Of a stretch of DNA of 64,000 bases, positions 39,957 through 49,518 are shown piece after piece (positions within the stretch are counted from its first letter, which is position 1; every line of letters begins with the position of its first letter). The notes under the pieces were generated by a model. It had not been told where the DNA came from and did no database searches. It worked only from the letters and a program-made list of their open reading frames with translations. The position numbers and the translations under genes were made by a program. The stretch comes from a virus, in IMG/VR virus record IMGVR_UViG_3300020430_000008, positions 32,001 through 96,000 of that record, one strand, 5' to 3'.

Positions 39957-42900
39957 TATTCATCTGCCTCGTCTTGTTCTGGATTACAATCCGCATCCGA
40001 TCCGCTGCCGCCTGTACCGGGCGGGGGTGGTGGATTGTTTGCGTCGTTCATTCTCAAATTCTGCTTCTCCAATGGCGTAAGTGCGCCCAATGCCAAATAC
40101 GCCAAGCCAATCGGGGTAATCGGTGGTCCGATACCGGGTCCGAAAGGCGGTGGTGGAATAAGGTTGAATGGCAAAGCCATCAAAGTTGATGGGAATTTGG
40201 CAATCTTACCATTATCTCCGTCTGCCGCAATTCTAATTAGTTTCGCGATCATGATATTCGGATCCATTGTTTCAGCAATTCCCTTAAAAAGCATAGGAAT
40301 TGTATTTAATGCCATCTTAATCGGTAGCGGTAAGCCGCCTCCGTCTGTATCAGTATTGAGGGTAGCAACCTCCATGTCAGTCGTTTCTGTCTCTGCACGG
40401 AAGGAGAATCCGTCACCACCAGTACCAATGTCATTATACAATGTCCAGAACAAAATGCGCAGTTCTTGCTTGGTCTGCGCGAAAGCCATATCGATTCTGG
40501 GAACACTTGTGGTCGTCATCATAGCGCAGTAGTTCCACAGTTGTTGTACAATCTGCTTCGAGTGGAAACATTGACGGAACATAAAATTCCAATCGTCTGA
40601 TTTGCGCATCTTCACTTGCAGTGCCTTCAACTTTTCGTCAAGAGCGACCGGCGCGTTAGTCCATGGTGTGCTGAAAGTTGTAATGGTATCGGCGTCTGGC
40701 ACGATTCCGGCTTCTAAATAAGCGGTGATTGCGTCGAATGCAGCGCCCGCACCTTCTGCCATGACAAAGCTGATTGGTGAGCCTGCGCTGATTGTTGTCT
40801 CAACCAGTGGAATAGAGATGTTGAAAAACTTTTCTTGCGTGCTTTCGATAGCTGTTGCAGTTACCATGGGAGTCTCTGCGTCTGCAGATTCGTCTGCTGC
40901 TGATTCTGAGTCGGTTTCGCTGCCGCCTGTGCTGACAGCGCGTGGATCAGGAATCTCAGCAGTCACCTCAGCGTTGAAAATAACTGCTTCTGGCTGCAAC
41001 AAGGAGCCTTGCATCTTTGACAAGTCTGGCATCAAGCCCATAGAGTTACCGAACATTTCATTGAGAAGACGCAAATAATCAGCATTTGCAGCAATTGTGC
41101 TGCCTGCTGCCGGAGTAAGCGACGGAGTGCGCGTTGGTGCCATGTAACATAAGCGCAAGCCATACTCTGCTTCTGTGTTGGCGTATTGTGCCAATGCCGC
41201 AATCGCTGATGCGTCCGGACTTTCTTTTGTTGCTGCATCGATCAGCAAATCTAACCACTCTTGCAAGTTGTCAGCGTTCCAATATTCTTGACCAATCTTA
41301 ATAAATTTCTCCATGTACAAGCCGCCTTTAACGTCGGTTGTTTTTGGAAACGATCTAGGCGAAGGATATGCAGCATGCTGTGGTCGATGCCAGTTGTCGA
41401 GAAGGCTGTAGTAAAGGTTATTGTATGGTCCGGTTTCGAGGAATGAACTAACAGGATCTGAAATCTGTTGCCATTGAGAGCTAAGAGTTACTGACTCTCT
41501 TGTTGCTAACCATGCTGCCTCTTCCGTTGGCGTAAGTTCTGTTCCGTCTGTAAGGTATACTTCTTCGTCAACATAAGTTAGGTCTTCACTACTATAGTCT
41601 GTGTCAGAGAAAGTGAAAAGTCTTGGCAACGGCAGATTGTCGGGATAGTCTGGATCAATGAATTCTCCTGAGTTTACAAATCCGATATCGGTTTCAATGT
41701 ATACAGGAGGTACGACAGACGTGGTTGTGTCTTCCGATGTTGTACCTTCTTCTGTTGCGATTGACTCGCCGACGAAATAAGTTTTCATGCCGTCTATAGA
41801 CGCCTCAGAGCGTGGGTTGTTGAGAATCGTTGCGTACAAGTCAGCCTGCGAAGCGAGTCCTGTAACGTCCATGCCGTCAGGGATCGGATACTCAGGAATA
41901 GGCAAAGTCTCAAGCCACATTTCTTGTGCAACCTTAGACACATTAGGAGTAGAAGTGCCAAACTTGGTATCTAAAATATCTGCTACATCGTCCAAATGCT
42001 TTTTAATATAATACATCAATGCAGACATAGACTCGCAATCAATCTCTTCGCCAGTCATCGGATCGGTCATTGGCTCGTCCTTGCAAGCTGCGGCATCACA
42101 CGCTGCCTTAAACAACATGTCGATAGTGTCCATAAAGGCGTCATGATATTGCGGGTCGAGAACTTGTGTCTCTCTGATGATTTTATCTGCTACTTGCTGT
42201 AGGAAGATGCTGTCAAAATCCCCAACATCGTACTCAGAAATCGGGAAAATAGAGCGCAGCAACATGTCAATGACATAAACGCGAATGGTGATTTCACACA
42301 CACCAACCAAGCCGGCTTGCTTGAAAGCATTTTTACCAGTTTCCTTTTCTTTTGCCGGGTCTTTGCATGCTTTAGAGAACGCATCCTTCGTCGGCTTCTT
42401 ACCTGAATCGTCCAAGTCTAAAACGCTTCTTGGCTTGTCGCCGCATGCATTTGCTGGCGAAAAGCTGGTGGGCTCGATCTCTAGAATTCTGAGCCTATCT
42501 GCGCTAAACAACTCTGTGAAAATAATCTGAATACCAGCGCTCTGGATTAGCTGATTAATAATCTGCTGATAAACACCTCTGATGCCAAAGCCGACAAACA
42601 GTCCGTCGCCGTCATCATCTAGTCCAAGAGTAGCCCAAGCCGTTGACGATGCGACATCAACGCCCTCTACTATCAATGGGTGCTTCAAGAACTTATCGCG
42701 TATGAGTTGTCTGAAAAGCTGATACTTGAGCGGTATTCCTTCTTCTAGCGTGGGTTCCATCGACTCTGGGATCTCTACATCCTCAGACAACGTGACTGTG
42801 TAATCGTCGCATGCTTCACCCAACGGCGTTTGATATGTAGATGGCACAGAAGTAGTTGAGGTTGCAGGCGGCTGGGCGCTGGCTTGTAGCTGCGCCTCGC

Positions 42901-45900
42901 TAATAGGATTCATTTTCCACACCAACGTTGGCCATTCATCTCCTGTTGGAGTTTCGCTTTCGCCGCCATACTGAAAGAACCATGAGTAGTTGCGATTGTC
43001 AGTGTCCCATGTGTTGCTTACAAAGTCATATGTGCGTAGCGACTGGTACAATACGGGCACAACAGAGCCTGAGTTATGTTGTTGTAAAACGTGCGCTTTC
43101 TTGAAATCTGAATTGGATGGTTCTTTCTCAGTTGCCAAAACCTTTCGTACATTTTTCATAATATCAGGGTAGTCGCCCTCGCTGAAAAGATTTGCACCGG
43201 AGTCTACCAGTTGGTTACCGGCGTTGAAAAGCTGTTCAGCGTATCTGCTGATTCCCGCTTCGCTACCACCTTCGTGTGTTCCAGCCGGCTCGTAAAACGG
43301 AACCGCAACATTCTGCACAGTGCCGGATATTAACATCTCAGGATATAAGTCTGATTCCATTTTGAACGCCAACTTGACTGGCTCGTACATAAGATCGGTT
43401 GCGATCTCGTTCATAAAGTTTAATGTTGGAATCTCGTCATCTGCTGGAAATAAAGACGGCTTCTTGGGTTCGCCGTCCTCTGCAGCGCACGCTTCTGGGC
43501 ATGGCCATACGTCTGGCACGATTGTGTCTCCGTGCCCATCACCAGCAAAGGGGAAGCCTTCGGGCAGACCCATGAGCATGTTAGCCAGATTCTTAAGATC
43601 ATCAATTTGTTGTCCAAGCTCTTCTGCTGCATCAGCAGCCGCTTCCTCTTCTGGCACTCCCTTGTCTGTTCTTGCTTTAATCTTATCTCTAAGTGGCTCT
43701 TCGCAGCAAATCTTTCGCAAGTCTCTCAAGACAGGAACAACAGGTGTTTCGATTTTTTCTTTTACCTTGTTAGGGATATATTTGCCGATAGCCTCAAACG
43801 TGTCTGCAATCTTTTGGCAATCATCGAACACCAAAGCGTAGTGTGGACATTCATCTCTCATTACGTCCTCTACTCTCGCGCACATTCTTGGTCCTACAAT
43901 TCCGTCAAGAAGCAAAGCCGTTTCTTGTGGAGACATTTTGGCACTAACTGCACTAATAAACGTTGCAGGCGGACAAGGTTCAGGATCTTCTGCTGGATCG
44001 ATTTCGATAGGCTCGTCACAACCCATATCAATTGTCACAGTAGTAGTAGAATTCAACACATTGCCAGCGGGATCGGTTACGTTTCCGTCGCAATCAACTC
44101 CCATATTAGAGAAAATATCACACACCAGATCTTCTGCAGCCATAGCGCCGTACGCATCATTCAGTGCGTCCATAACATCAAAGTCGCCAAAGCCGCCATC
44201 AGATGCGCTATCAAGGAGGCTGCGCAGAACCGATTTACCCATCTCTACGATGGCAGATTCAATTGCCTGCTTGACCGAGCTTTGCATGCCTGAGAACAAC
44301 GCACCCATCAGGTCGCCAGTTGGAATATTGTCGGGCAAAGTGATTGTGGGAATCTTAAATGAGCCACCCATAGAAGCAATAGCACCGCCTGTTGTGGAGC
44401 CTCCACCGGGCGAGCCAGATGGCATACCAGCGCCGGGAAGCGAAGCAGGAGCAGACTCGATAGAGGGACCGCTAGCACCGCCTAAACCGCCAACACTACC
44501 GCCAGTCAATCCGTTAAGAGCGCCGGGACTAAAGGAAGGCAAACCATCTGCACCGGGAATAGAAAGTGCATCAATCTTTGCTTGGATGGCTGGAATATCT
44601 TGGATCATTTCGACTGTTAAGTCTCCAGCATCCATGAACTGCATCAAGATTTCTGTAAGTTGTCCGATCATTGGCTTGAAACCCAGCTTGTCAACAATAA
44701 ACTTAAACAGAGCAATCGCAATTTGCTTTGCAGGAATTCCTTGTGCGGTGCCGGGAGCACCCGCATCCATCATTTCCATGTTTTTAATAATTGCGTCGAA
44801 GCTGCCCAAGGCTGCTGGCACATCAGGAATGTCGCCGACCATCAAGCCGCCGAGTTGTGCAAACAAGTCTGGTTTATCACACAGGATCGAAACGTCCAGA
44901 CCGACATCAGTTGCGGGAATGTCAGGCAACACATCGGGGAAGTTTGGCACCTCTGGTAGTTTACCGAGTAGCGCTTCTAAGTCAAAAATATCAAATGTCT
45001 CATCACCATTAGGTCCAGCAATAGGAATAGGCAAGCTCATGCCGCCAAGTCCGAAATCAGGTATGCCGTAAATTTGGAACGTTCCACAACCAACTTCTGG
45101 TCGGAACACTGCAGTAGGAAGTTTAATATCTGCAATGTTACAGAAATACTCACCTTCGATAAAGTAATCTCCAGTTTCTGGATCTAAGTCGAATGATTCT
45201 AATGCAATGCTGAGTCCGTCAGCCGCCTCAAACAAAGCACACGGTGAGAAGCCTGCGGAAAAGTCAAAATCTTTCAGAGTATTGATTGCATCTTTAACGC
45301 TTGCAGCGCTCGATTGTGCAAGTGCCGGTAAATCTTCTATCTGGGTAATCAGAGACTCGAAGTTGGGCAGCGAAACGACCGAATCGATACCGGAGCCGTC
45401 AACAGAAGCCTGCCACCATTCTCTTGGCATTGTGGCAAGAGTTTGCCAGCCAATGCCGCTAGTCTCTGTAACGCTAGCATCAAGAGTACAAGTCCCAGCG
45501 GGAGTTTGCATACCTGATGCGTTCCACTCGGGAATGTTTGGCAGGGTGGAGTTAGGAATAGATGTGCCGACCTCGCCGATATCCATAGACGCGCCTTCTG
45601 AGCCCCAACTGAATCCTTCCATTCTGTTTCTAAGCATGCTAAAAGGTCTTCCACCTCCGGCAATCGCAAATACAAAGTTGCTCAATAAGAAACCAGAAAA
45701 TGCTTCAACAAATACTCTTCGCCAATCGTCAAGCAGTTCGCCAAATCTAACATCACTAATGTCCGATAAGTTAGCAGCACCAGATGGTCCCAAGCCGTCT
45801 AAAGAAATGCCGGGAATCGCACCGTCTGCCAAGCCGCCGATTGCTTCAATCAATGTCTCCATGCCACCGGGCATTTCAATGTCAGAAAATGCTTCTGTAA

Positions 45901-48541
45901 ATCTAATATTTGGAAATTGTAATCCACCGGGTGAAGCTGATAAATCTCCTGTGCTGGCGTCAACGCCTCCTAGCGCAAACTGAGGGAAGTTCAAGTCAGG
46001 CGCAACAACACCGGGACTAAATCCTCCACTTGGCAGATGGAAACCCGGCAACTCAGCTAAGTCAGCAGCCTGAACGTCCCAGTCTTGAATATGAATAAAC
46101 TCGCCGTCTGGTGTCATCAATTGAATGTCGGGCATGTCAGGGGCAAGTCCCGACCAATCGATCTCGCCTAAACGTGTAACGTCAAGAGGGAAGCCGGTAA
46201 GCGGAATCATAAATGGCATCAAAGCTGCGCCCATTGCCAGTTCAATATCCTTCACAAAGCAACTCAAATCAATACTAGGAGGCTCGAAATCAAACGAAGG
46301 AACACCAACTGTAGCGATTTTTTGGATAATGAGCTTGAGATCATCGCAGGTTAACTCTGCCAAGATGTTCTCTAAAGAATTTGTCATGTCATCTGCTGCA
46401 TCAGCAACAATATCATCAGCATCTGTATCTGCTTCGACACTGACATCGGTGCCGCAAACGGACGGAATCATTGAGTTTACAGCATCGATTTGATCTTGCA
46501 GAGCGCTGATTTCATCGCCAATCTGATCTGCAATACCTTGCAAATGATCCGTCGAAATGCCCATATCAATCATAAGCTGAATCAGATCGTCACAGCTAAC
46601 ATCCAACATGTCCATTAACTGCTGTAACAAATCAGATAATAAGTCCTCTGGGAGTTGTAGCATGAACTGTTTGATTAGTGCGTCCACAGAGAATTGGCTT
46701 AAAGCTGCTTCAAGCAAAGCTGCATAAATATTGTCCAGTCCTAACTCAGCCATAAGCTTCGCCATGGCTTGCTCAATCAGTTTAGGAATAGAAATCTTTT
46801 GCAACAACTCAGCATATACATCATCGAGCGAGTTGATTTTATCAAGCACAATTGGTATGTTTGCAACGATATTATCGCCAGCCGGTATCGCAACGTCAAA
46901 GCGCGCTGCAGCCATGTTAGACAAGAAGTCTGGATCTTCCAGCTTGAGATTTTCAAAAGCAATATCCTTCGGCGTTTTGATAGGCAAAGCATTCATCTTG
47001 TTTGCAATGCTGCCCATATCTGCAAGCTTGGGAACATTAAGCCCACTAGGTGGCGTGGGTCTGATTTCCAGTGGCGGATATGTGTATTGTGTAAGGTACG
47101 TCATCCATGGCGGCGACAAAGAAATCATCTCTGGCTTCTTCGCGTCACTGAACATGTTATTGCCTTGCAGAATGTAGTGCATCAAACGCGCAGACGACGC
47201 AGGAATTTGTGAGGCAAAGTTATTAAATCCGATAGTTTGAGGCATGCCAATGCCGGTGTCGTCTGGATATACAATTACGTGCGTTGGGTTGAACTCTCCA
47301 TCTGTACCGATTTCGATTATGTCTTCGTGGTCTTTTCTCAAATCATAGCCATTTGCCTTGAACAGCTTCTTTAATGCCGGAACGAACGACTTGATCGATT
47401 GACCCCATTTTTTGGGTGAGAAATCTTGCGAACCTCTGATGGTGCCGGGAAACATATCGACAGAAGCTTGCAAGTTCTCCATAGTGTTTCCGACCTTGTT
47501 GAGCTTTTTTTGGATTGTATCTGACTGGTACATGACACTGCGATGCCCTGTTCTGACCTCTGTTGCAGACGCAAAAGTCCGAACCATTCGCGGAACAGCC
47601 ATCAAGTGAGAGTAGTTTACAGAAATTAATGCCTTAATAGACTCGCCGGGGCGCTCGGGTAAAAATGTTTTTTCTAACTTGGCAAAGTTATACAAGTCTT
47701 TATTTAAGTGTGCAACGCCATTGTCGAGCGTGTGTACGTCATAACCAGTTGGCAAGCGGTCGTAATAAACACAAAGCTGTTTGATACCAATACGCTTAGC
47801 CTGCTCCGCGAGCATGTCCATAAGCTCACGGTCTTTGTGCCCTGTGTTCACTGTTGTCATGAACTTCAATTCTTTTTCGTCAAGCCATGGTTCACATGCA
47901 AGCATTTCATACCACGGCGAACCCAATGACCATGACGATATCTTGCGCTTCTTATGCTTGACATATTTGGGAGAAGGCAATGTTGATGGACCTTGCCAAC
48001 AAAGAACGCCGTACTTTAAACCACGAAGATGGACGCGCTCGCAATAGCCGACAACGTTATAAAAGTCAACTGACCGGTCGAGATCCTGAACTCTGATCTT
48101 GCACCACTTAGAACCGGGACCGATGCCTTCGTCAAGTAGCGTAATAATAGTAAGGTGCTCAGCTTCTGCAACAGTTTGAGATCTGGGGTTTGCGAACTTT
48201 TTAATCTTTATCTTCTTGTTACCCGGCTCACCTTCAAATGTAATAGGCTCGGTGTAAAAATAGTGCGTACCTAAGCTGCTTTCAAAAGAGCCCGGTATCG
48301 CGTCACCCGCATCCCACTGAGCGGTAAGGCACTCTTCCTGTGGACAATCTCGTAACTCTTCATCAGTATACCTTTGCATGATTGGCGCAGTCGGAACAGC
48401 AGACTGACCCGTGGCAGAGCCGTGCGCCATTTCTCTTGATTCAGTGTTGACAGACGCATAGAAAGGGTTGGCGGCGATAGAGATCGTCAAACCCGATTCG
48501 TCAGTTTCTGTCGTAAATGTTACTGCTTCTAAATTAATCAT
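39956..48541 (-). CDS. Very large acidic virion-associated protein (2861 aa), function unknown
   Basis: Single ORF between the spike and gp25. Possible N-terminal SH3-like motif (WCKIRV...GYCER), D/P/G-rich middle, hydrophobic Pro-rich C-terminus. Confidence 0.7.
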   Translation of the reverse strand: MINLEAVTFTTETDESGLTISIAANPFYASVNTESREMAHGSATGQSAVPTAPIMQRYTDEELRDCPQEECLTAQWDAGDAIPGSFESSLGTHYFYTEPITFEGEPGNKKIKIKKFANPRSQTVAEAEHLTIITLLDEGIGPGSKWCKIRVQDLDRSVDFYNVVGYCERVHLRGLKYGVLCWQGPSTLPSPKYVKHKKRKISSWSLGSPWYEMLACEPWLDEKELKFMTTVNTGHKDRELMDMLAEQAKRIGIKQLCVYYDRLPTGYDVHTLDNGVAHLNKDLYNFAKLEKTFLPERPGESIKALISVNYSHLMAVPRMVRTFASATEVRTGHRSVMYQSDTIQKKLNKVGNTMENLQASVDMFPGTIRGSQDFSPKKWGQSIKSFVPALKKLFKANGYDLRKDHEDIIEIGTDGEFNPTHVIVYPDDTGIGMPQTIGFNNFASQIPASSARLMHYILQGNNMFSDAKKPEMISLSPPWMTYLTQYTYPPLEIRPTPPSGLNVPKLADMGSIANKMNALPIKTPKDIAFENLKLEDPDFLSNMAAARFDVAIPAGDNIVANIPIVLDKINSLDDVYAELLQKISIPKLIEQAMAKLMAELGLDNIYAALLEAALSQFSVDALIKQFMLQLPEDLLSDLLQQLMDMLDVSCDDLIQLMIDMGISTDHLQGIADQIGDEISALQDQIDAVNSMIPSVCGTDVSVEADTDADDIVADAADDMTNSLENILAELTCDDLKLIIQKIATVGVPSFDFEPPSIDLSCFVKDIELAMGAALMPFMIPLTGFPLDVTRLGEIDWSGLAPDMPDIQLMTPDGEFIHIQDWDVQAADLAELPGFHLPSGGFSPGVVAPDLNFPQFALGGVDASTGDLSASPGGLQFPNIRFTEAFSDIEMPGGMETLIEAIGGLADGAIPGISLDGLGPSGAANLSDISDVRFGELLDDWRRVFVEAFSGFLLSNFVFAIAGGGRPFSMLRNRMEGFSWGSEGASMDIGEVGTSIPNSTLPNIPEWNASGMQTPAGTCTLDASVTETSGIGWQTLATMPREWWQASVDGSGIDSVVSLPNFESLITQIEDLPALAQSSAASVKDAINTLKDFDFSAGFSPCALFEAADGLSIALESFDLDPETGDYFIEGEYFCNIADIKLPTAVFRPEVGCGTFQIYGIPDFGLGGMSLPIPIAGPNGDETFDIFDLEALLGKLPEVPNFPDVLPDIPATDVGLDVSILCDKPDLFAQLGGLMVGDIPDVPAALGSFDAIIKNMEMMDAGAPGTAQGIPAKQIAIALFKFIVDKLGFKPMIGQLTEILMQFMDAGDLTVEMIQDIPAIQAKIDALSIPGADGLPSFSPGALNGLTGGSVGGLGGASGPSIESAPASLPGAGMPSGSPGGGSTTGGAIASMGGSFKIPTITLPDNIPTGDLMGALFSGMQSSVKQAIESAIVEMGKSVLRSLLDSASDGGFGDFDVMDALNDAYGAMAAEDLVCDIFSNMGVDCDGNVTDPAGNVLNSTTTVTIDMGCDEPIEIDPAEDPEPCPPATFISAVSAKMSPQETALLLDGIVGPRMCARVEDVMRDECPHYALVFDDCQKIADTFEAIGKYIPNKVKEKIETPVVPVLRDLRKICCEEPLRDKIKARTDKGVPEEEAAADAAEELGQQIDDLKNLANMLMGLPEGFPFAGDGHGDTIVPDVWPCPEACAAEDGEPKKPSLFPADDEIPTLNFMNEIATDLMYEPVKLAFKMESDLYPEMLISGTVQNVAVPFYEPAGTHEGGSEAGISRYAEQLFNAGNQLVDSGANLFSEGDYPDIMKNVRKVLATEKEPSNSDFKKAHVLQQHNSGSVVPVLYQSLRTYDFVSNTWDTDNRNYSWFFQYGGESETPTGDEWPTLVWKMNPISEAQLQASAQPPATSTTSVPSTYQTPLGEACDDYTVTLSEDVEIPESMEPTLEEGIPLKYQLFRQLIRDKFLKHPLIVEGVDVASSTAWATLGLDDDGDGLFVGFGIRGVYQQIINQLIQSAGIQIIFTELFSADRLRILEIEPTSFSPANACGDKPRSVLDLDDSGKKPTKDAFSKACKDPAKEKETGKNAFKQAGLVGVCEITIRVYVIDMLLRSIFPISEYDVGDFDSIFLQQVADKIIRETQVLDPQYHDAFMDTIDMLFKAACDAAACKDEPMTDPMTGEEIDCESMSALMYYIKKHLDDVADILDTKFGTSTPNVSKVAQEMWLETLPIPEYPIPDGMDVTGLASQADLYATILNNPRSEASIDGMKTYFVGESIATEEGTTSEDTTTSVVPPVYIETDIGFVNSGEFIDPDYPDNLPLPRLFTFSDTDYSSEDLTYVDEEVYLTDGTELTPTEEAAWLATRESVTLSSQWQQISDPVSSFLETGPYNNLYYSLLDNWHRPQHAAYPSPRSFPKTTDVKGGLYMEKFIKIGQEYWNADNLQEWLDLLIDAATKESPDASAIAALAQYANTEAEYGLRLCYMAPTRTPSLTPAAGSTIAANADYLRLLNEMFGNSMGLMPDLSKMQGSLLQPEAVIFNAEVTAEIPDPRAVSTGGSETDSESAADESADAETPMVTATAIESTQEKFFNISIPLVETTISAGSPISFVMAEGAGAAFDAITAYLEAGIVPDADTITTFSTPWTNAPVALDEKLKALQVKMRKSDDWNFMFRQCFHSKQIVQQLWNYCAMMTTTSVPRIDMAFAQTKQELRILFWTLYNDIGTGGDGFSFRAETETTDMEVATLNTDTDGGGLPLPIKMALNTIPMLFKGIAETMDPNIMIAKLIRIAADGDNGKIAKFPSTLMALPFNLIPPPPFGPGIGPPITPIGLAYLALGALTPLEKQNLRMNDANNPPPPPGTGGSGSDADCNPEQDEADE

Positions 48542-48565
48542 TTATTAGTAATGCCTTCGCATATG

Positions 48566-49498
48566 TTAGTTGGTGTTGTTGTACCTACTATTAATATACT
48601 TTCCACCCGCAACACTGAAATATGTTTGCTTGAACATAATCAAGTTTGCGCGTTGTGTCATCAATGATCTTTTTGTATCAGCCAGAAGATCAATGACGTT
48701 TTGAATACCGCTAGCCATAGCAGGCGGTGAAGGAGATGTGGGGGCTCCAAAGAATGGAGAATGGTGAAAGTGAGTTGCTAATGCTGTGTTATATTTCATT
48801 TGGTACATCAAGAAGTTGTCTGTAATACCGATTAGTTTATCAACATGATCTGTAAGTCTAACTAGAGCTTCCTCAAGGTTGTTACCCAAAGGAATAGGTT
48901 GTAAATCTTCATCATCATTTCCAGCAATAAGGTCAATACCGCTGATTTGGTCAACTGCACCGCCTTGTGAATTCTTTTTGTCTGTCTTAGTAACAAGTTT
49001 AATACCTTCACGGGCAACAATTCTGACACCATCGGCTTTCAAGCCAATAGCTGATTTGGCAGAAGCATTGCCGACATTTCCATCAGCCAAACCAAAGTTT
49101 GTGTCAACGTCAGTCTTTTGGCTGATGTGAATCCTTGCAGCATCAAGCTTAAAGTTTGGATCCGTACTAACCGGGTCGCCTTCTGTTGTAGCAGTTGCGG
49201 CGAGGTTAGCCATTCTACCAGCAACCATGTCAATTGATGCACAGTGGGTGTCACCAGAGCCGCCGTAACCACTCAAGCGGCTACCGGGTCTATCGCGACC
49301 TAAAACAATATTTGCATTAGATGCGCACGTTAAAACATTCTCGGTTTCCGACTGAATAAATCGTGGGTTAGGTTCTGCAATTTTCGTTCCACCAATACCT
49401 CGACCAAGACCTCTTGATTGCGCAGAATTACTTTCAGCAAGTGCTCTCTTTTGTGTCGGAGATAGGTTTGCGGTATCTACCGCCTTTCTTTTTCCCAT
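48566..49498 (-). CDS. Baseplate central spike (gp5 C-terminal/gpV-like)
   Basis: Beta-strand repeats (SAIGLKADGVRIVAREGIKLVT), PIPLGNNL and an HxH-type apex motif THFHHSP followed by PTSPSPP. Confidence 0.7.
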   Translation of the reverse strand: MGKRKAVDTANLSPTQKRALAESNSAQSRGLGRGIGGTKIAEPNPRFIQSETENVLTCASNANIVLGRDRPGSRLSGYGGSGDTHCASIDMVAGRMANLAATATTEGDPVSTDPNFKLDAARIHISQKTDVDTNFGLADGNVGNASAKSAIGLKADGVRIVAREGIKLVTKTDKKNSQGGAVDQISGIDLIAGNDDEDLQPIPLGNNLEEALVRLTDHVDKLIGITDNFLMYQMKYNTALATHFHHSPFFGAPTSPSPPAMASGIQNVIDLLADTKRSLMTQRANLIMFKQTYFSVAGGKYINSRYNNTN

Positions 49499-49518
49499 AT
49501 TATTATCCTTTATCCGGG

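Noticed and set aside
43938-45071. 377 aa plus-strand ORF (also 45207-45983, 43532-44293, 49775-50401)
   Set aside because: Antisense shadows of G/P/A/D-rich minus-strand coding sequence. No motifs or RBS seen.
39956-48541. Tape measure protein call
   Set aside because: Acidic Pro/Cys-rich composition and position between spike and gp25 do not fit well. Left unassigned.
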